A DNA stretch of 64,000 bases from a virus. Taxonomy: Duplodnaviria > Caudoviricetes. A model generated the notes under the pieces. It had not been told where the DNA came from and ran no database searches. It worked only from the letters and a program-made list of their open reading frames with translations. Every line of letters starts with the position of its first letter. The stretch's first letter is position 1. A program made the position numbers and the translations under genes. The stretch covers positions 1-64,000 of the IMG/VR virus record IMGVR_UViG_2061766007_000015; one strand, given 5' to 3'. This document shows, piece by piece, positions 43,004 through 50,213 of the stretch.

Positions 43004-44740
43004 TTATGATAATAAAAATTGTAATAATTCATCTTTATTGCCGACAATTTGTCCATCAACTACTGCATCTGAGATAGCACCTTTCTTCTGCACTAATTCC
43101 CAAACTCTTTCATCAATAGTATTTTTTGTTAACAAGTTATATATTGTAATTTTATTCGTCTGACCTATTCTGTGACAGCGGTCTACAGCCTGGTCATATA
43201 GTGCTCTGTTCCACGGGTGGTCAAGAAAAATCATAATAGTGCCTGCTGTAAGTGTGAGACCAGTACCCATAGCACCGATAGTACCTATAAGTACATCTAT
43301 TCCATTGTATTTTCTGCTATGTAACGCCGCATTACTTTCAGTATCTTGGAATTGAAATACTACTTCCTGTCTTTCTGAGTCTTTTGTATTTCCTGTAATT
43401 TGGCCTACTTTGTACTTCTTATGTAGTCTCTCAAACACCACATCTGTTATCTGTGTCCAGTTAGAGAAGATAACTACTTTTTTACCATTACTAACTGCTT
43501 CTTCTACAAGTTCTTCCATGCGGTCAAGTTTTGCTGACTCTTTAATCATGCTTGAGAGAATACCTGTATAGCCTGTAGCCTGTCTCATTCGGATTAACTC
43601 TGCTAAGGGATTACTTGCATTTTTAACCTGGTCAATATTGGCCTTAATGTCTGTCGTAATCTCTTTGTATATCTGAGCCTGCTTGGCTGTCATCTCAACA
43701 TATTCATCTACGTACAACTTCTCAGGTAAATCTAATACTTCTGATTTAAGTCTACGTAACATAATCTCATTTAGTCTTTCCTGTAACTCATCAAGATATC
43801 TATAACCGACAACTTCATAGCCACCAAAACCACCCATGACACAATAATGATTTCGGAAAGAATAGAAAGCATGTTTCTCATAGCCTAACCATTTAAGTAT
43901 CATGTATAAGTCTAAAGGCTGATTCATAATAGGTGTACCAGTCATAGCAATCATTGTCTCTGCCTGCACCTTCAATATGCCTTTACCTTGCTGACTTGTG
44001 TGGTCTTTCGCTTTATGACACTCATCAAACGCTATCATGTTGATATCGCCTGACTGCGTTAATTTGACGATTTCAGCGACTATTTTTTCGTCTCTGAAAG
44101 TTTCTACGTTAGTTATGATAAAGTACTCTTGGTGAGCGTCCAGGAGCGTCCTATCGCTATGTCTGAGTTGCAGTACATCTTCTAATTTATCTTTATTGCC
44201 GCCTACAACTAATCGACCGTCTCTTCTGACTCTCTGACCAAGTATTCGGCACTGCTCATCTGAGTGAGTTTCAATCTCATTCTTCCAGTTCCACTTAAGA
44301 CCATTAACACCGCAAATGATAAGACAATGCTTATATCCTAAAGTACGTTTCTTATCCACTGCAATATCAATAATCTGCTTGGTCTTACCTAAGCCCTGCT
44401 CATCTGCAAGTAACCACTTATCGTGATTAAGTCCATATAAGACACCTGCAATCTGATGTTTGAATGGCTTAGTCTTGAACTTAAAGCCGTCAGGAAGTTC
44501 AGTAAGTTCTTCCTTTTCTGCAACATAACCATTGATAGTGAAATCGAAATCAGTCAATCTCTCAGTAATATAACCTAACTTCTTAACAGGTATTTCCCAT
44601 TCTTTTGTATTTACATTATAAGAACGCTCTGACAGTTCTTTAATAGTATCCACTATCTTGCTGTTATAATCGAATGATACAAATAATGAGTATTCATAGT
44701 TAGTTAATTTCTGAGACTTTTGAATATTTATAGTTATCAT
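43004..44740 (-). CDS. SNF2-family helicase
   Basis: LADEQGLGKT, FDECHK, MTGTP, QAVDRCHRIGQ; AAGGAG SD before MITINI. Confidence 0.9.
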   Translation of the reverse strand: MITINIQKSQKLTNYEYSLFVSFDYNSKIVDTIKELSERSYNVNTKEWEIPVKKLGYITERLTDFDFTINGYVAEKEELTELPDGFKFKTKPFKHQIAGVLYGLNHDKWLLADEQGLGKTKQIIDIAVDKKRTLGYKHCLIICGVNGLKWNWKNEIETHSDEQCRILGQRVRRDGRLVVGGNKDKLEDVLQLRHSDRTLLDAHQEYFIITNVETFRDEKIVAEIVKLTQSGDINMIAFDECHKAKDHTSQQGKGILKVQAETMIAMTGTPIMNQPLDLYMILKWLGYEKHAFYSFRNHYCVMGGFGGYEVVGYRYLDELQERLNEIMLRRLKSEVLDLPEKLYVDEYVEMTAKQAQIYKEITTDIKANIDQVKNASNPLAELIRMRQATGYTGILSSMIKESAKLDRMEELVEEAVSNGKKVVIFSNWTQITDVVFERLHKKYKVGQITGNTKDSERQEVVFQFQDTESNAALHSRKYNGIDVLIGTIGAMGTGLTLTAGTIMIFLDHPWNRALYDQAVDRCHRIGQTNKITIYNLLTKNTIDERVWELVQKKGAISDAVVDGQIVGNKDELLQFLLS

Positions 44741-44771
44741 TGTTACTCCTTTCGTCTCTACTTCTATAAAC

Positions 44772-44800
44772 ATTATACAACATAATTCTTGCGTTGTCAA
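44772..44800 (-). promoter_or_regulatory. Class II promoter (consensus)
   Basis: TTGACA-17-TATAAT. Confidence 0.9.
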
Positions 44801-44812
44801 CGTTTATTTTAA

Positions 44813-44847
44813 TAAAAAAGTGCCTCGACTGAAAAATCGAAGCACTT
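44813..44847 (-). terminator. Intrinsic terminator ending the post-lysis cassette
   Basis: AAGTGCTTCGA/TCGAGGCACTT + TTTT. Confidence 0.75.
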
Positions 44848-44864
44848 CTTATTATTAACACTAT

Positions 44865-45281
44865 TTAGTTCTGCTCTAACTGCTTAATCCAAGATTTAAT
44901 CATCTGACGAGATTCATCGTCTTTGGCATCCATCTGTAAGTCTTTGAGACCATCAAGCAATTCATCTTTCGCTTCGGCTCTGCTGTAGCCACGGCGTCTT
45001 GAATAGTCATAAGAACCATCATAAGAATCGTCATATGAGCCGTCATCTCTAGAATATCTGCCGCGAGAATCTCTTCTTGCATTTCTGCCACGACCTCTTG
45101 CTCTACTATAAGAATCATAGGAGTAGTCAGCCTCTTCCATTGCTATGATTGTGTCAATGGATTTAATCGAGTGAGTAAGTTTGTCGATAATGTCAAGGCT
45201 TGTTGTTGACATTTCATCCTTCTTAGTACACTCGTTAAGTTCGTCCATGAGCATTTCTCTTAACTCTTCCAACTTATGCAT
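44865..45281 (-). CDS. Protein with helical ends and central R/G/S/Y/D low-complexity region
   Basis: YSYDSYSRARGRGRNARRDSRGRYSRDDGSYDD. Confidence 0.8.
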   Translation of the reverse strand: MHKLEELREMLMDELNECTKKDEMSTTSLDIIDKLTHSIKSIDTIIAMEEADYSYDSYSRARGRGRNARRDSRGRYSRDDGSYDDSYDGSYDYSRRRGYSRAEAKDELLDGLKDLQMDAKDDESRQMIKSWIKQLEQN

Positions 45282-45294
45282 ACTTTTCTCCTTC

Positions 45295-45747
45295 CTATGC
45301 GATTCTGGTAATTACAAGGTTTGAGTTCTGTACATCGATAGTAGGTGTAGGCGTAACTGCAGGGTCGTCAACTGTTGCATCAACATATCTTACTGCTACT
45401 GAGAAACAGCATCCCTTAGGTACAGTTACGATTGCAGTAGAGGTCACATTACCGAAGGTATCAACTACTGTAGGCGTGTAGATTGCCTCGCTTGTAGGTC
45501 TTGCCTCACCATTAACGCTGATTGCTACTGCTATGGGAGTTATGGCGCCACCCGTAGGTATTGCTATATTGCCATTATAAGTTACCTGATATCGTGCAAA
45601 ACAATTGTTAGTGATTCCACGGAGAATAAAAATTCCTGTTTCGTCCTCATGATATACACATCCTTTGGTACAAGGGATAGAAGCAGTAAACAGTACTGGA
45701 CTATTAAGTGCTACTGCCTGTACTGCATTTGCTAAATATTCTGCCAT
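45295..45747 (-). CDS. All-beta protein (BclA C-terminal/jelly-roll-like)
   Basis: Beta-strand pattern; VTVPKGCC; NSNLVITRIA terminus. Confidence 0.7.
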   Translation of the reverse strand: MAEYLANAVQAVALNSPVLFTASIPCTKGCVYHEDETGIFILRGITNNCFARYQVTYNGNIAIPTGGAITPIAVAISVNGEARPTSEAIYTPTVVDTFGNVTSTAIVTVPKGCCFSVAVRYVDATVDDPAVTPTPTIDVQNSNLVITRIA

Positions 45748-45759
45748 AGTTTCACCTCC

Positions 45760-46554
45760 TTACATTCCACAACCGCATCCACCATTGTTGCAAGTGAAGA
45801 TGGGAGTTCTGCCATAAACCGGAGTAGTGGGAACAGGACAGTTGTTAAGTCTGTTATACAACTGGTCAACCTCGTTAGCAAAGCCCTGCTGAATAAATGC
45901 GTTCTGAGCAACCTGAGATTCACGAAGAGAAGCCATAGATAACTGTCTTTCGAGGTCTGCGATTTTCTCGTTCTTAGCATCAATCTTGTCCTGGCACATC
46001 TGGTCAAGGATTCTCTGAGTGTTTGCTGTCTGGTTTGCGAGTAAGTCACGAACACCCTCATTGATTACCTGTCTGTCTGCACAGTTCTCGGTAGCAACTG
46101 TGTACTTAAGGTCTGCAATGCCCGCACGATTTTCGCAACAACAGTTCTGAAGTGCGCTCTGTACGCCAAAAATGCTCTGCATATTAGCCATCTGACGAGC
46201 GTTTGCACCCTGCTCAACTCCTGCGAAGCCGTTGCAAAGAGCCATCTGTACATCACCGAAGCCGTTACATAACTGAGTAGAAATGCCAGTAATACCGTCA
46301 CGAATGGAAGTGATGTTGTCGTTAAGCATCTGATTCTGGAAGCCGTTGCTGGTAAGGTTAGCCTGATTCATCCAAGGATAAATGTCGTTGCCTACACCTC
46401 CACCGAAGCCGCCGCCCCATCCGTTGTTGCCCCAACCGAGTAAGAGCAAAAGAATAATCCATGCCCAATCTCCGCCAAAGCCATTACCGAATGCGTTGTT
46501 GCCGCCTGCGGGACCTACAAGCATTGTGGTGTTCATTCCACTTTCGTCTGTCAT
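45760..46554 (-). CDS. Gly-rich TM + coiled-coil + Cys-rich protein
   Basis: GGDWAWIILLLLLGWG; LCNGF repeat; QNCCCE; C-terminal CNNGGCGCG. Confidence 0.85.
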   Translation of the reverse strand: MTDESGMNTTMLVGPAGGNNAFGNGFGGDWAWIILLLLLGWGNNGWGGGFGGGVGNDIYPWMNQANLTSNGFQNQMLNDNITSIRDGITGISTQLCNGFGDVQMALCNGFAGVEQGANARQMANMQSIFGVQSALQNCCCENRAGIADLKYTVATENCADRQVINEGVRDLLANQTANTQRILDQMCQDKIDAKNEKIADLERQLSMASLRESQVAQNAFIQQGFANEVDQLYNRLNNCPVPTTPVYGRTPIFTCNNGGCGCGM

Positions 46555-46586
46555 TTTGTTTTCCTCCTTTAAACTATTAAGGTTAG

Positions 46587-46610
46587 CGACTCATCAAATT
46601 TGATGAGTCG
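46587..46610. repeat. Perfect 24-bp palindrome
   Basis: CGACTCATCAAATTTGATGAGTCG. Confidence 0.9.
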
Positions 46611-46633
46611 GATATATAAAAGTTGCGCCACTT

Positions 46634-46846
46634 TTATTTCTTGAATAACTGCTGAATTATTGGATTGTTTCGCATTTGCATAGCACGATTGACTTGTGCT
46701 TGCGATACCTGACCGGTATTAAGAAGGTGCTGAATAATCTCATTTGGATTATTTAGATTCTGTGGTATATTATATCTCTGAGATAACAACTGTATAGGAT
46801 TTGACTGAAACTGTTTAGCCAGTTCAAACATATTATTCATCGTCAT
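46634..46846 (-). CDS. Small Q/N-rich protein
   Basis: 70 aa; NPIQLL...NPNEIIQHLLNTGQVSQ. Confidence 0.8.
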   Translation of the reverse strand: MTMNNMFELAKQFQSNPIQLLSQRYNIPQNLNNPNEIIQHLLNTGQVSQAQVNRAMQMRNNPIIQQLFKK

Positions 46847-47273
46847 CTTCTATAATCACCTCACGCTTTACTTTCTTTAACTTAGCCAAATCAGTTTTAA
46901 CTGTCTTAAGTTCATTCTTGACAGCCTCAAGTTCTGCCTTTTCTGCATAATCAACTTTCTTTTCAGGCTCGGCTGTCTCTGAGTCCTCTTTTATGAGTCT
47001 ATACTTTTCAAAACGAGGAGGCTCTAATTGAGAAAAGCCCATCGTCTTTGTATATATGTAAGGTGCTGACTCATCTTTAAACGTAATGCTGTTACCCAAT
47101 GCGACAGGATAGTTTCTTGCATCAGCCTCACTAGGTATTCCTATAAGACCGTTGGTCTGAGGTGTAGGCTGTAATTGTGCCTGTGGCATCTGAATCTGCT
47201 GTTGGCTAGGGTAAAACTGCTGTTGCTGTTGGGGATAAAACTGTTGCTGTGGATAAAAATTAGGATAGGGCAT
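46833..47273 (-). CDS. Protein with Q/P-rich N-terminus
   Basis: YPQQQFYPQQQQQFYP repeats. Confidence 0.8.
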   Translation of the reverse strand: MPYPNFYPQQQFYPQQQQQFYPSQQQIQMPQAQLQPTPQTNGLIGIPSEADARNYPVALGNSITFKDESAPYIYTKTMGFSQLEPPRFEKYRLIKEDSETAEPEKKVDYAEKAELEAVKNELKTVKTDLAKLKKVKREVIIEDDDE

Positions 47274-47276
47274 TAT

Positions 47277-47657
47277 TTACTCCTCTCTGTACCAATAATA
47301 AATTGGTGTCTCATCACCTGAGTCCCACGAATCGTAGTAATCTCCGTCAATTACCGCAACTACATGGGTACCAGTACCTACAATGTATGTGCCTGTAAAA
47401 TGCTCACCACAGAAGTCTCTTATTGTGTAGCATTTCGGACAAGTGTCGGGCAACATACGACTACGAAAACCGTAAGACTTGAGAAGTTCAGCCCATACTC
47501 GATTTGAAGATGGCATATCGCACATAGCGAAACCTTGTACCACTAATTCTATATAGGTAGAATACCAATCTTGGTCAAGTGCTATAGATAATGCTCTAAC
47601 GACACAATCGCCGACATATGAACCATACGGGTTGGGATTTACTTTAATAAATGCCAT
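47277..47657 (-). CDS. Putative papain-like (Cys-His-Asp) peptidase
   Basis: GDCVVRA...THVVAV.DG.YYDSWDS; AGGAG SD before MAFIKVNPNP. Confidence 0.65.
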   Translation of the reverse strand: MAFIKVNPNPYGSYVGDCVVRALSIALDQDWYSTYIELVVQGFAMCDMPSSNRVWAELLKSYGFRSRMLPDTCPKCYTIRDFCGEHFTGTYIVGTGTHVVAVIDGDYYDSWDSGDETPIYYWYREE

Positions 47658-47747
47658 GGCTGTTCTCCTCTCTTCAATTAAATCATAACAATAATTAAAA
47701 CAGAGTGAGTGCCAGTATAGATGCATTGATGGACCATTTATGTGCAA

Positions 47748-47780
47748 TAAAAAAAAACACCAAGATTATTTCTTGGTGTT
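47748..47780 (-). terminator. Strong intrinsic terminator
   Basis: AACACCAAGA/TCTTGGTGTT + T tract. Confidence 0.85.
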
Positions 47781-48005
47781 CCATAGAATTTTATTAAATA
47801 ATTCTGTTTCTGCCTTGTACACGATTCGTTTCATTTGCGAGTAGGAATAATCAAATTCAGCCGCTAACTCGTATAATAACAAACCGTCTAATAGGTGCCG
47901 CTTTAGTATCGCTCGGTCTCTTTCTGAGAATATGTACAAATCAATTAACTCGGACAACTCAGCAGTTGTGTACAGTGTAATTTCAACTGGTTTCTTTCGT
48001 CTCAT
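47766..48005 (-). CDS. Sigma70 region 4-like HTH protein
   Basis: SERDRAILKRHLLDG..LYELAAEFDYSYSQMKRIV. Confidence 0.75.
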   Translation of the reverse strand: MRRKKPVEITLYTTAELSELIDLYIFSERDRAILKRHLLDGLLLYELAAEFDYSYSQMKRIVYKAETELFNKILWNTKK

Positions 48006-48121
48006 TTCTTAATTTTTACTCTACCAGTTCCATGACACATATTACATTTACGATAACCAGTCTTACCGCCGGTTCTTCGTCTATGTGTAGTTCTAGTTAT
48101 CCGTACCTTCTGTCTCGCCAT
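48002..48121 (-). CDS. Tiny basic protein with single CxxCxGxG motif (39 aa)
   Basis: Hand-translated MARQKVRITRTTHRRRTGGKTGYRKCNMCHGTGRVKIKK. Confidence 0.6.
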   Translation of the reverse strand: MARQKVRITRTTHRRRTGGKTGYRKCNMCHGTGRVKIKK

Positions 48122-48365
48122 TAAGTTCTCCGTTTATGATATAATTGCTACCAAATGTATCAGCATCCTGCTCTGCTTCAATCACTGTGGTGTCGGTATT
48201 ATAACTACTTAGCAAATCATTATATGCTATAGTCCAAGCCAGATTAGTTATAATAAACAAGGCGAGTATAACCATCTTCTCTATGAATGACCGTCTGTTT
48301 GTTCGCTCATGCGAAGCCACAAGAGCATCAATAAGATATGCCTTAGGCATGTCTCTCTCGTTCAT
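48093..48365 (-). CDS. Single-pass membrane protein
   Basis: TM MVILALFIITNLAW. Confidence 0.7.
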   Translation of the reverse strand: MNERDMPKAYLIDALVASHERTNRRSFIEKMVILALFIITNLAWTIAYNDLLSSYNTDTTVIEAEQDADTFGSNYIINGELNGETEGTDN

Positions 48366-48612
48366 TACTTTTTAACTCCTTAACCTCTGTTTTCAGTACT
48401 GCAATCTCATTCTGCATGGCATAGACAATGGACCTTAGGTCTTTATTATCCTGCACTATCTCTTTAATATCATTGCTGATACTTTCAAGTTTTGCCATTA
48501 AAGAAGCAATCGTGGCTACATTTTCTTTGGTATCTTTCTTACTTGCTGTCCACACTGCAAATGCAAATGAAGCAAATGATATTACCCATGGTATAATCTT
48601 ATCTATCGTCAT
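48343..48612 (-). CDS. Holin-like / XhlA-like membrane coiled-coil protein
   Basis: N-terminal TM + coiled coil, directly after endolysin. Confidence 0.6.
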   Translation of the reverse strand: MTIDKIIPWVISFASFAFAVWTASKKDTKENVATIASLMAKLESISNDIKEIVQDNKDLRSIVYAMQNEIAVLKTEVKELKSNERERHA

Positions 48613-49868
48613 AGGCTTGCCTCCAAATCTGCAAGTTCTTTCTGTAAGGTAGCAATCTGCTCTTTCAGATAAGAAATGCGGTTGAGTACATCCTCGTTGG
48701 CCGAGGGTTTGTTATTCTTTAACTTTAAGCCCCATAAATTAACGATAAATTCACAATGAGCCTTAGCGCACTGATGAGCAAATTCATCTGTAATGATAAT
48801 TGGCTCATCTACGGTTGAATCCATAAATCCATGCTCGATTAAAAGCGCATCTGCCTTAGGCATCCTTACTTCGTATAACTCAGTTGTAGGTATAATCTTA
48901 CGAGACCTATCACCTACAAGTCCTGTATACTTAATAAGCGTGTTATATAACTCTGTAGCCTGCTTTTCGTTTCTTGCCAACGGGTAGTGGAATACTACAA
49001 TACCACCACCATTGAAGATACGACCTGCCGCATTGTGATGAAATGCCAAATACATATCTGCTTTAAGTTTGTCAGACTCTTTGGCTCTTGTTGCAAGAGG
49101 TACATCAGTTCTACCTGTTGTGTCATCAAGTCTGATAACCTTAATGCCATCATATTTTTCTAATTCCACTTGGGTGTAACAAGCAATACGCTGGTTTAAA
49201 TCCCATTCACGAATGTCATTAGGATTAAGTTCAAGAGGTATTCTCTTACCTGCTGTATTATGACCATGTCCTGCTGAAATCACAAGAATCTTCTCGGGAG
49301 TAGTTTGAGTGCTCTCGGAAGCGGCAAAATACTTATCATAGAAGTGTCTAGCGTAATCCGCTCTCAACTTCTGCTTTGCAGGGTCGTCCTTTTTAGCAGG
49401 TCTCTCAAACTTCACCATGATAAGTATTGCGGCTTCCTCAGGAGTTTTACATGCCATTAATTCATTCATCAATGACTTACTGCTCGATAATTCTTCCCAA
49501 AACCAATCCATCTGAGTGCGAAAATCTGCAATAGATACGGCACGTGCTTTAGCAAGATTATACAGTCCTTCTTTTCTACCAGCAGAGGTCCACTGACACA
49601 GACCAAAACCTATAGAGTCATGTACAAAGTCTTTGCCATTATCAGGTCGTTTCCAAGTGCCAGCATCTACCTGACGAACATATTCCGCATCAGTTGTTTT
49701 CAATGTCGCCATTGGACCGTTCTGTGCGTTGCCTGGGTCAAGTGCAGATTCCGCAAGTTTGTTGGCTAAATCACCAGAGATGATGATACCGTTGAGACCT
49801 TTGCTGGTTTCATATGCAATTATGTCCTTAGCAACTTTCTCATTGTATGCAATCATCTCATATCCCAT
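48609..49868 (-). CDS. Endolysin: phage-tail-lysozyme-like domain + N-acetylmuramoyl-L-alanine amidase (Amidase_3)
   Basis: AESA...GFGLCQWT..RK; ISAGHG...E...HHNA...EHGFMD. Confidence 0.85.
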   Translation of the reverse strand: MGYEMIAYNEKVAKDIIAYETSKGLNGIIISGDLANKLAESALDPGNAQNGPMATLKTTDAEYVRQVDAGTWKRPDNGKDFVHDSIGFGLCQWTSAGRKEGLYNLAKARAVSIADFRTQMDWFWEELSSSKSLMNELMACKTPEEAAILIMVKFERPAKKDDPAKQKLRADYARHFYDKYFAASESTQTTPEKILVISAGHGHNTAGKRIPLELNPNDIREWDLNQRIACYTQVELEKYDGIKVIRLDDTTGRTDVPLATRAKESDKLKADMYLAFHHNAAGRIFNGGGIVVFHYPLARNEKQATELYNTLIKYTGLVGDRSRKIIPTTELYEVRMPKADALLIEHGFMDSTVDEPIIITDEFAHQCAKAHCEFIVNLWGLKLKNNKPSANEDVLNRISYLKEQIATLQKELADLEASL

Positions 49869-50074
49869 CCATCTTCTGCAACTTTTTCATTGGTACTGTC
49901 AGCAAGACCTTCGCCAATAATGTACGCAACTACTGCCGCGCCCTGCATGATAAGACCAGCGACTACCTGCGCTTCTTTATCATGACCAGTAGCAGTAATA
50001 ACACCTGAAACAAAAAGTGCTACTGCCATCCAAAATTTTCTTGAAGTAAGTTTTCTTTTCCAATCAATCTTCAT
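49853..50074 (-). CDS. Holin
   Basis: KIDWKRKLTSRKFWMAV...AYIIGEGLAD; two TMs. Confidence 0.85.
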   Translation of the reverse strand: MKIDWKRKLTSRKFWMAVALFVSGVITATGHDKEAQVVAGLIMQGAAVVAYIIGEGLADSTNEKVAEDGWDMR

Positions 50075-50100
50075 GTTATTTACCTCCTTACTTTAATTAA

Positions 50101-50129
50101 ATATTAACACATATTTGCCAAATTGTACA
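50101..50129 (-). promoter_or_regulatory. Possible lysis promoter
   Basis: TGTACA-17-TAATAT with TGn. Confidence 0.4.
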
Positions 50130-50164
50130 GTGTTTTTGCGAAATTAGTGGTATGATTTCTCATT

Positions 50165-50194
50165 AAGGGGGTAGGGTTCTCAACTCTACCCCTT
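50165..50194 (-). terminator. Terminator-like hairpin after tail operon
   Basis: AAGGGGTAG/CTACCCC(C)TT. Confidence 0.6.
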
Positions 50195-50213
50195 TATTTT
50201 ACCGAGTACAGAT

